This document shows positions 25,552 to 35,732 of a stretch of DNA of 64,000 nucleotides, piece after piece; within the stretch, counting starts at the first letter, position 1; each line of letters opens with the position of its first letter. The notes under the pieces are model-generated. The model saw only the letters and a program-made list of their open reading frames with translations, was not told the DNA's origin and did not search any database. Origin of the DNA: Diadema antillarum (lineage: Eukaryota). The position numbers and the translations under genes were made by a program. The stretch is from NCBI RefSeq assembly GCF_040938485.1, contig NW_027272897.1, positions 1-64,000 of the forward strand. The letters run 5' to 3'.

Positions 25552-25809
25552 AGCCCACTCTCGATGTTTGTAGTATATGATGTACCTATAATTGTATTCG
25601 GTATTTTCATGCAGTATGATGTTTGTTACTACAGGGCGCCTTTGGAAAGCAGTTTTACGAAACTGAACAGGCCTTACTTTTACCCTGCAGTACAAAATAA
25701 ATAGATAAATAATGATATATAATTATTGATATCTATTTCTCAAATAGTCTCTTAGCCACTGGAGAGTTGTGCCTCTGACTCCAAACAGTGCTAATTCACT
25801 GCAAATTAT

Positions 25810-26114
25810 ATCATGCATGATTTATTGTATCAAATGCTTTCCAGATATCGATAAACACTCCTTGTGTTATTTTACCTTCGTTCAAGGATTTTGACATCTC
25901 ATTAGATAAACTAGCAAGAGACAGTTTTGTACTATTGTTTTTTTTTATTATTTACGAAAACCATATGCTGTTCATCATACAACAAATAATTAGTCTCAAT
26001 GAAATTTAGCAGCCTTTGATTGAATAATTTCTCAGAAACTTTCCCAGTGAGCGGTAAAACAGATATAGCTCGATGATTACTAGGAACATCCTTTTCATCT
26101 TTTTGTAAATACAC
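25810..26114 (-). mobile_element. Degenerate CR1/L2-group LINE reverse-transcriptase fragment
   Basis: KDVPSNHRAISVLPLTGKVSEKL...Q, then GVFIDIWKAFDTINH, matching the NYRPISLL...KxFEK and FxDxxKAFDTVxH RT motifs. Confidence 0.8.
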
Positions 26115-26661
26115 TTGTAGGCTTAATTATTGCAATCTTCATTCCTCCGTAAATTTCAACATCTGCTTTTTGAAAATAATCATGCTGCGTAGGTGTCACA
26201 TTAGCGGCTGTCCGAGACAGCGGCGTCGAGGAATATGTGCAGCTGCCGTTACCACCAAGAAACTTTGTAGGCCTACATACTCTCCTTCCAGTATTTGCTG
26301 TCTCAAGGTCAGAATGTCTCCAGGCTCCCATGTTTCAACAGTATGATTTGCTCATATCATATGTCATCGATGACGTTGTTACCATAACCGATATTGCTTC
26401 AAGCATTTATTCGGATCGTCAAAAGTGACAGACAAAAATGGAAGCGTTTGAAGGGATTTCTCACTTGTACATTATCAGCAAATTTATTGCAAGGAAAACG
26501 TTCATTTCTGTCTTTTTTTTTTAAATCGCTGCTACATAACTCAGGCTTTTCGTCTTTTCTCACAGTCGTAGGTGGAACTACATAAAAGATGCGTATACTT
26601 TATTGCGAAGGTTCGCCACGTTTTTGTACTTCTTCTCATCAGGAGGATGAAATACTAGTAG

Positions 26662-29600
26662 TCAATGATTGGATGGCCGTAAGAGGGCGTACTCCTCCAA
26701 GATGTAGCAAACAAGCGAAAATGTTAGTAAGGTCATCAGGCCATACAGTTTGCCTGAGACGCAGACGACGTGTGGAATGGCGAGTACATACGTCAAGGCG
26801 AAACCAAGAGCCTGCCATAGACGAAGGTTGGCAAACGCCGGCTCCTGTGCATCGGAGAACAGCACTCCAACCATTGCTTTGAAAGAGAGATAAGAATTGA
26901 TCAGAAATTAGAAACTACCTGTCAGCCATCTCGTCATTAGAAAACAACAAAGTTTATCTAACATACTGGGCAGATTTGAAAGTTGTCGAACTTTGCTGAA
27001 GGAGCTGTAATAAAAGATAAAATTAAAATTAAAAAAATGCCTTATTTTAAATTTTGTATGTTTTATTTAAAAGAGTACACAAACTTATACTCAACGGCAT
27101 ATAACACATGAAATATGAAGAAAATCTTATATCATGAAATAAATACAGTATACATTGAAGAAAACACAGCTTGGAAATGTTTAAAAAAATAGAGTAGCTT
27201 AATAATGACAAGGAAAATGTGAAAAATTAACGAAATTGGAACAAAATTATCACAACATCTAAATGTTCCAAGGTAAAACGACTGTTTGTATGGGTGAAGG
27301 TCACGAGTCCGACACCAACGAGTCACACAGCCCACGATTCATGCAGTCCACCTATACCTATTACAAGGTAAGTGAACAAGACCTATGACGAGTTCAATAC
27401 AGAGTAAAGTAGGCCCACGACCTGTTGGCCCAAATTCACGAAGGTGGTACAAATGAGACCATGATTTAAACCATGGACAAAAACAATGAAGCGCAAAGTG
27501 CTGCATGGAATATTTCGTTACGAAATCAGTCATTTCGTCGATGAAATGATTATTTTGTAACGAAATGACAACATTTTGTAACTAAATAAACATTTCATCC
27601 ACGAAATGATAATTTCGTTAACAAAAGGGTCATTTTGTCGACGAAATGACCAATTTCGTAACGAAATATTCCGTGCGACACTTGGCGCTCCATGGTTTTT
27701 GTCCATGGTTTAAACCATGGTTTCGTTTGTACCACGTTCGTGAATTCGGGTCATTTGGTCCACCAGCTCGACACTAAGCAAATAAGAGCCATGAACTTGA
27801 CACTAGACACAAAAGGTCCAAAAGACCGACATTACATCACGTAGTGTCGCCTTGTTCGCCTATGGTGTCGGACTCATGGGCCTTTTTTTGTGTGTGTATA
27901 GTGTGAAGCTCATGGGTTGTAGTTGTGGGCTGTATGACTCATGGACCCTTTTTTCAATGTCGAGCCCATGGGCCTATGACTCATAGGTGTGTAGGGCTCG
28001 TGGATGACCCCGTTTGTGGTTAGACTTTAATGATTTCGCTTTAAGCAGTGTCGTAAAAAGTGACTGAAAAGTAGTTATGCGGCCAACTAATTTACCCAAA
28101 TGATCAACATGTACATTCCTTACGCTTGCACTTCTATTTTACATAAACTTTTATGCAGGGATCTGCTATAGTTTTGAAGTCTTATTCCAAAATATATGCT
28201 GACGGTTTGTCATAACTATAACTTTCAGTTTGTTTTTGGCAAGTCTATCCGTCAAGGTCCATTGCGTGAAATTGATTGAACTGTAGGCATCTGTGGGTCT
28301 TTATGAGAAAAATAGATAACGATGGCATCTGCGAAAAAGTGAACTTTGAATGAATCGAATACAGAAGGAGAATTGATAATAAGGAACATAGATAACAGTT
28401 GATCTAGGATGTATCCCTGGGCAACTATTTAAGCGAAAGTGCCACTGATCACAATTTCGACCATTTTCTTGTTATTCACGAACTATTTTTAAAACCCATT
28501 TTACCTTTGGCTACATTATTGAGGCTGTCTGAAGCTGTCTGAAGTGATATCTCATCATGACATTTCATTATAGTGTTTAAGGTCCAACTCAACCTGAAGA
28601 AATGTTACTCCAATGAATTAAAAAAAGTTTCTATAAGCTGAATTACTGTGAACATGGTTGTTGAGAAAGAAGGGACGCTTACATTGCATCTGGGTTTGCA
28701 AGGCGGCGTCTCCGACTCCCCATCCCACCGACATCAAGATCAGGTTCCACATGGCCGAGGTGTGCGGGTTCCACACCTCAAAGACGATCATCAGAGCCAA
28801 GTGGAGGATGCCGCCAAAGATAAAGATGGCAATGCGACCAGTGTATTTCTCAAGGTGTCCGAAGATGACCGAAGCAAGAGCGTCGGCCCCGCCGTAGCCG
28901 ATCATGACGTAACCAACCATCCCTGGCCCCTGCGTGCAGCTCACGAACGACTGATAATACATTAGTGTGAGTTACAAGAAAAGCGAGTCGGACAATCAGC
29001 TACTAAGTCAAGAACGGTGTTTATCGATAGATAGATATAGATAGAAGGAAAAGAGTTTACTGCGCCATTTAATTCTTAGATTCGTATAATTATATGAAAA
29101 GTATACACTCCTTCGTCTTGTTACTGACATAATCACATTATCATTGAGAGGGTAATATTCCCCTGCCTTTTGAAAGATTTAAGTCAGGGGCTCTCTCATC
29201 ATGCTAGAAAAATTGAAATACGTTAAATGATCTTCATGTTTTCTGTATTTCGTCGGCAAATCCTGACGTCATGAATCAATGTAGTCTTCTTATCCAGCGA
29301 TGGCAGTGCCAAAACTTGATAATTTGAACCGATTGTCGGATTGTCATGAACCTTCACTGATGTGTTCTTTGATATTTCAACATTCCCTAAATCTACATAT
29401 TATACTTGTGTTGACGCTTCAATTACCTTGAAAGAGTAATTTCATCCTACAACTTTAATTCTGTGGTTGATACAATGATCTTGAGGGGATGGTACAGTTT
29501 GGGTTTAGACAAGGCTTGAGGTTTCCAACTTTTTTGTGACTATTTGTGCGTACGGTGTATGTGTGTTTGGGAAATGAATACAAACCTCTTATGACATATG

Positions 29601-31922
29601 AAAGAACATGTAATTCCTAGAGGGATTCAGTTTATTTGATGAAAAATGGCTTTGAAATGGCTGAGATATTAAAAAAGCGATCCTAATAAATTGTTTTTGG
29701 ATATCTCGGTCATTTCAAAACTGATCATACAAAGTTTCATCAAATAAACTTTTGATTCCCCTCAGAATTGTATGCTCTTTCACATTTCATAGAGTGGTTT
29801 CTAAACAATAAAGCTGAATTCTCACCTAAACTAGTACTTTATCATCCCTTTAAACGTATTCGCTCCACCATGCCCATGTTCACTGTATTATTAGAGCAGA
29901 GCAGTAGAACAGTAAAAGTTTCATCGATACTGGAATTGAAAAAGGAAGGTCACGGAAATTTGAATATCACTCCCTTTCGGTGCACCATAAAAGTTATGAT
30001 AATTATCATCAACTCACAGTAATCCCGATATTTGTGCACAAAAATCATTACAGTTACATTTCTGGTTAATAATTTATCTAATATACATTTATATACCCTG
30101 TAATGTTTCTTTAATCGAAGGGAACGGAAATGTGTTTACTGTTTGATATCATGTCAAACAGGAAAATGACTGGGCGAGGGTTAATGCGAGGTTTGTTGGG
30201 CCATCAGCTATCTCACATCTCTGTTGTCAAATTTTGGAACTGCTAAACTTTTGTCTCTGGTCCAATTTTGTATGTCTTCACACCATTCTGTTTGTTTGGT
30301 TTTTATGCAAAGATGTTGTCTTATGTTATCGTTGCTGAATTTCATCTCATCCTGCACAGAACTTTCCGCAAAATATTTCATGTAAAAAATTTTCCCCGTC
30401 TTGATCTACGAATTGCGAGGGACTAAATTAGACTATCAGGGCCGGCGCAATTTGCCAGCCGATTTTGGGACACACACTTACAAACTGTATTCCAAAATGT
30501 CTTCCCCTCCATCCTCAAAATGACTCAATGTAACTGTTCCCTAGGATAGACTTGGCCTCCTTACTATTAAAAAAAGAAGAAAAAAAAAACCAACCAAACA
30601 AACAAATAAACAAACAAACAAACAAAAAACCGTAGCGCCGGCCCTGACTATGATCATGACGATTATTAACCAAAGTATTCTACTGTTAAATAAAATTTAA
30701 ATATACATGTCGGCCTACTGCTCATATAATATAGTTAGATCGCTGTAATGTATCACATTTAAACAGATATGCAAATACAGTTGAAAAGAGTTTAAAATAC
30801 GGCTGTGTTCTAATAAAAACGTAGGCCCTACACTCTGTTCCACAAGTTTAATTTCAAGATTTATTTCAAATAATACCTGTGTGAAATCTGCGACAATAAA
30901 AGCTTGTTCAGCTCCGTTGTAGATCATGATGGGAATGAGACGCAATAAGTACGGAGATTTCATGAGATGCGTTGTAGATGTCAGGTGATCACACACGTGA
31001 CTAATTAGGTCGCCATTTTCCTGGTTACTCATCCGTGGGAGTCTGTCCAGGAGGAAAGTCAAGGTAGGAACTGCCAGGAGACCAATTCCTATATAGATGG
31101 AGAGGAGAACGGACACCTGTTTGTCTGGAACATGTCCTCCCCCTTTTGGAATGATAATATTAATGCCGCTACCGCAGCTGTCGCGGCCACAGTGATTCAT
31201 CGTAACGGCAGTCGACGTATCGTGGAGGACAAGTGAAGAGATGAGGTTGCCCCATACCTGAGCTAACCGAAAGAAACAGAAGAAAACGCCATTGAAGCGA
31301 TTGATTACTGTTTCGGGAACATCGTCCGTCACATGGGCTTGTTGGATGGCTGATGTCGTCATGTACGTACTCGCTGCGGCCCAAAATGGCGACCCAGCGA
31401 TACCCAGTAAAACTGCAGCAGGAATGAGTGTGTATGCCACTGGGTAGAAATTGGCTGCTGTATACAAGGCGTAGAAGAAACAGCAAACCACAAGCGTCCC
31501 CTTTACACTCAAAAGCCGCACAATCAAAGGTGTTATGAAACTAGAAAGGATAAGTCCAAGATACAGTGCAAAGAGTGACGCCACCCCAAGCCCAGAACTA
31601 TAGTTGAGACTACTTTGTAGATTTGCCAGAGCGCCGAAAGCACTCATTATTAGCATGAATGCAACGGAGACAACTATTAGGTTTTTCCAGTATCGTAGTG
31701 GACTAAATAATTGCAGGCAAGGAGGGCTGTTGGTTGAATTTGGCAACGTCCTAAACGACTTGCCAAAATTTGAAGGTCCGTCGCGTCCCAACAGCGACGA
31801 CTCTTCATCGTTGGCCATCGTAGACTCCGAGACATCGCCGTTGATGTTTTGTGATTCTTCTGACAATACAACTCGACTGTCTAGATTAATGTCATCTGGC
31901 CTACCTCTAGATTGTATGACAT
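26662..31922 (-). CDS. UNC93A: UNC-93-like copy 2 (frameshift 5' of TM1; likely translated from internal ATG 31818, or a pseudogene)
   Basis: Exons 31922(31818)-30877 (CAG|gtatta), 28950-28683 and 26876-26662; everything from 31866 onward is in frame. The ancestral ATG at 31922 is 5 nt out of register compared with copies 3 and 4 and reaches TAG at 31883-31881. Confidence 0.85.
27427..27752. mobile_element. About 325-bp palindromic element with central ATTTCGT..ACGAAATGA subrepeats, nested in a GACTCATGG-repeat element (about 27293-28015)
   Basis: Left arm ggcccaaattcacgaaggtggtacaaatgagaccatgatttaaaccatggacaaaaac matches the reverse complement of the right arm, gacccgaattcacgaacgtggtacaaacgaaaccatggtttaaaccatggacaaaaac. 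Confidence 0.8.
29485..29849. mobile_element. TTAA-type palindromic MITE (third copy of the 19.3-kb family)
   Basis: ttga|ggggatggtacagtt ... tactttatcatccct|TTAA; shares tttgaaatggctgagatat and gaattgtatgctcttt with the other copies. Confidence 0.7.
30437..30646. mobile_element. 210-bp hAT-like MITE with 12-bp TIRs and apparent 5-bp TSD
   Basis: ACTAT|cagggccggcgc ... gcgccggccctg|ACTAT. Confidence 0.75.
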
Positions 31923-32486
31923 CTTAAGAAAGCCCAAGGTTCAAGTAGACTCGACGTTAGATACTCGACCAGGTACTCCCTGGTACTTCAACTCTGAAAG
32001 ATTGTCACTTACACTCTTAGAGACTGACGTGTTGGATATATTCAAAATGGTATACATCAGTGCCGTTTCATCCTTTGAATCCCGGACACCATGAATCAAA
32101 AGATCACTTGAAAGGTCCCACTAGCGAAGTGGAATCAATCATCACAAAACAATTCTGTTTTGAAAACAAGACAACAATTAATGCGCACAAGATAATATTT
32201 TAGGAGTCCAGATATCAGTTTAATGTGCGGTAGTAGTCAATTAGCTGCTCGCACAGACAAGACGTCCAAATCGTTCCCCTACATACTAGGAATTCTAGCA
32301 CTGTGGAGCTATAGAGAGACACTCCAAAGTCGGTATGCGATTAATGCAATGCACAAACTGAATGAAAGTCGATGATCCATGCATGAGCAATATGATAATA
32401 TCCACGCACTTAATGTGTCCTCAGCGCAGTGCCACAACAGTTCATGTCATTTTTTTTTTTCATATCCACAAGTACCACAGCTCTAA

Positions 32487-33716
32487 AGGCCCTTCACACC
32501 TTTCCGGGCAAGCCTTTGAATACGTGAGACTTACGATAAACAATTTTTGCTATACCCGAAGGTTCCCGCAGAGGACCCGCATGTTTAGGCCCTGTCGCAC
32601 CTTTCAGGGCAAGCTACGCGGGCTTTTGCGTGTGGGGATTTTCCAACATGCGGGACATTTATTTTTTATCTATTTATTTATTTATTTATTTTTTGCGGGC
32701 AGACAAGGATTTTGGCGAGGTCCGCATGCGTCTTACTTGCTGGACCCGTGCTACTTAAGTTCTACTTACGTGCATTCCGTTTGACCTGCTTGTCAGGCGA
32801 ATGGATGTCGCATGAGTGAGGGCTGGCAACTCGATGAAGGAATCCCTCTGAAGGAATTTGATATGGCATAAGTCCCACAAAATGTCATTATTTTGACTGC
32901 AGCCGACTCTCAACAAAGAAGCAGAAAGTCAGTGACTGATCCTCAGGTCATTCCACGCCGCCAGAATTGACAAGTTACACGGATATTGGCAGTTTCGACA
33001 TCGTTCCTTGTTAGTAAAACACCCGTATTCAATGCTCGTAGAATCCCCGCAGATTACACGCACTTCCGGCGCATAAGAATGGATCCACGAACAACTTACG
33101 TACTTCAAGTGGGTCAACTGCCTGTTACTTGCGGCAGCTACGGATCTCCTACTGGCGTTCTTCGTGGACGTCTGCGGGCACTCTTCGCAACTCACCGGAA
33201 AAAAGTTTTGGTCATGCTCAAAACTTGGCTGCGGGTAGATCGGACTTGCGGCGTGCCATCTCCGGGTAACTACGGGCGAGATACGCGCTAGGTACTGCAA
33301 GTCAACCGCAAGTCAACACGCAAGGCTTCCTAAGATACGGTGTGACATTTAAGGCCTTCACCATGGTTAAAACTCGTTCCGGCTGAGTCGCGAGGGTTTG
33401 CCCACAGAGGTACACGCAGAACACCAGTAGGAGGTCCTTAGCGACAGCACCTCGCAAGCAACTCCCATGCTGGTAGGTCCTACTTCGCAACTGTAACGCA
33501 GGTACTCCGTAGTCCCCGTATGTCGCTCGTAATTGAAAACGGATCCGTTTCGAAGCTCTCACGCAGGTCACACGCAAGTAGCAGGTAAAATGCAAGTGTG
33601 AAACTCGCCAACATCCTTGTCCGCCAGCAGGAAAAAAAAAAAAAAACTCCTGCGTGCTAGAAAATCAGTACTCGCAACAAGCCCGCGAGGCTTGCCGGAA
33701 AGGTGTGACAGGGCCT
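32487..33716. mobile_element. Non-autonomous PIF/Harbinger-like element (1230 bp, TAA TSD)
   Basis: TAA|aggcccttcacacctttccgggcaagcct ... aggcttgccggaaaggtgtgacagggcct|TAA; the interior is GC-richer and has no recognisable ORF. Confidence 0.85.
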
Positions 33717-35114
33717 TAAGTCTACAGGTACCAGCAGTGCTACAGTTATTACGTATAAAGCTACAGTGTGTGTCGCTGACATGCATTGAATAAAAACTTA
33801 ATTTGAAGGTCTGTTTTAATCGGTACTCTGCACGTTTGTTATATGCAGGGTACAATCCAGATCTGTTCGAAATATGTAGACCATTTTATTAGCATGTCAC
33901 AACATACATGTATATAAAATCGTGAAGAGGATCTTGCGGTGGGTGGGGGGGGGGGGGGCAGGGGAGGAAGAACGCAATCATACAGATAATTCTTTTACAA
34001 TATCTCAATGATAACATTTCTCAAGTACGTATTATAGTAGGCCTAGTTGATAGAACAACTTCTAAGAGTTAGTGAAATCAGTTGGCACTTGGATGTTCGT
34101 TCATTCGTATTTAATTTTTGCTTCTCAAATCAAATCAAAATAAATTACATGGGTGTGACAAATCGAAACAAAACATAACCAAATGACAAAGGAGCAATAC
34201 AAAAGTGCAGTTCAAACTACATACATAACAAAATAATTCTAAAACCTTTATGGTTGCATATGGATACGGAAAAGGCAGTACATTTGATTCCACAATGAAG
34301 CAGGAGACAGCATAAGCATGGCTTGACTAGGCTGATGACCTCATTGGGAATATAGCTCAAGTTTGCCTCTCACAAAAGGTAATTTATTATTGTAATTACT
34401 ACTACAATAGTATGTTTTAGGGGGGGGGGAGAGATGTGAGCGAGTGCTGTGCGTGGGCAGAAGGTGCGTTAAATGTTTGTGTTGGAGCCATATTATGATT
34501 AGTCTTCAATATATCAGTACACTAATATTAACGAAATGATGACACTAATTCCCTGCAAACAACTACACATAACAGACACAGAAGTACATTGGACCTATAC
34601 ATGTATTGAAAGTGTTCAATTCTATAACCAGTTCGTCAGCCACACCGACCCCAGTCGTTGTTTGTTTGTTGTTTTTGCACTGGAAATCTAAGCCTATATA
34701 GGGCAATAGCACCCTTTAAAATTCATCATCTACACGCATTACCAAAATCATATCAAGACAAAACACAAATACGTTTAGGATACCTTGGCTATCCTTAACC
34801 TAAGGATTAAAAAAAAAAACTTTAATGAAATTAAAATTTCGGATGTCGTTGTTATAATCATTTTAAAGTAAGTATTCTTTCAAGGACTAGGTGCAGGTGA
34901 CGTCATCGCTAGAACAGGTTGGTATTCTCCTTCCAATGCCTGGTATGTTTTAGGTCAAAATCACTTGTATTCAGGTTTCTACATCAAGTCTACATGTTAA
35001 CATCATGCACCTCATCAATGACGTTAGTCCCATAATCAAATTTTGCTTCATGCATCATAATCGGATCGTCAAAAGTGAAATACAAATAAAAGCGTTTTAA
35101 GTGGTTTCTCTATA

Positions 35115-35697
35115 TTATAACCAAAACCCAAAGAGCAATGTGGATTGTGTGAAAGCAGCAACGTGAGTAGAACACATCAATTAACGTTTGCGGAAAATCG
35201 AACAATCAACGCAAAAGTATTTTATGTTCAAAGTTTTGGTGTTATATGACTGGATAAGTAGACTACTAGATCTCATGACGTCATGTGTGCACAACAATAT
35301 AAAGAAGATATACGGAGAATTCCACACACAAAAAACAATTGTTCTGAAAATTACACGTTCCATCAACTTGATACTGACATACATGTAATATGTTAAGGGC
35401 AGTAATTATTCCCCCTGCTTTCTGATAGCGGTTCGTAAAGTGCTCTTTAATTACGCTAGAAAATTTAAAGCTAGATGAATTTTCTTTATATTGTTGTGCA
35501 CCCATGATGTCATACACTAAAGTAGTCTCCTTATCCAGTGGTTCCAACACCAATTTTTTTTTTTTTTAAATTCCTAACTTTTGCATCGATTGTCCAATTT
35601 TCCTCAAACTTTCACTGACGTGCTCTACTAATGTTGCTGCTTTCACTTTTTCTCACATTCACTTCACATTTCTCTTTCGGTTTTGGTTTCCTTTAAT
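35115..35697. mobile_element. Degenerate TTAA-type MITE in the 3' flank of UNC93 copy 3
   Basis: aaccaaaacccaaagagcaatgtg...gtgaaagcagcaac at about 35115-35180 is inverted relative to about 35600-35697, which ends gtttcctttaa. Confidence 0.55.
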
Positions 35698-35732
35698 GCT
35701 TCTGTCCTGTCATTTTCTGGGGGAAAACTTAG

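Noticed and set aside
25280-25695. ORFs containing poly-X
   Set aside because: Artefacts of the N gap.
27530-27670. CRISPR-like repeat array
   Set aside because: Eukaryotic intron; the units are short degenerate palindromic subrepeats without unique spacers or cas genes.
31604-31927. Conserved antisense ORFs over UNC93 exon 1 (also 38268-38594, 37628-37900, 52184-52441, 28658-28897)
   Set aside because: Their similarity follows directly from paralogous sense coding sequence; they have no independent motifs and their lengths are not conserved.
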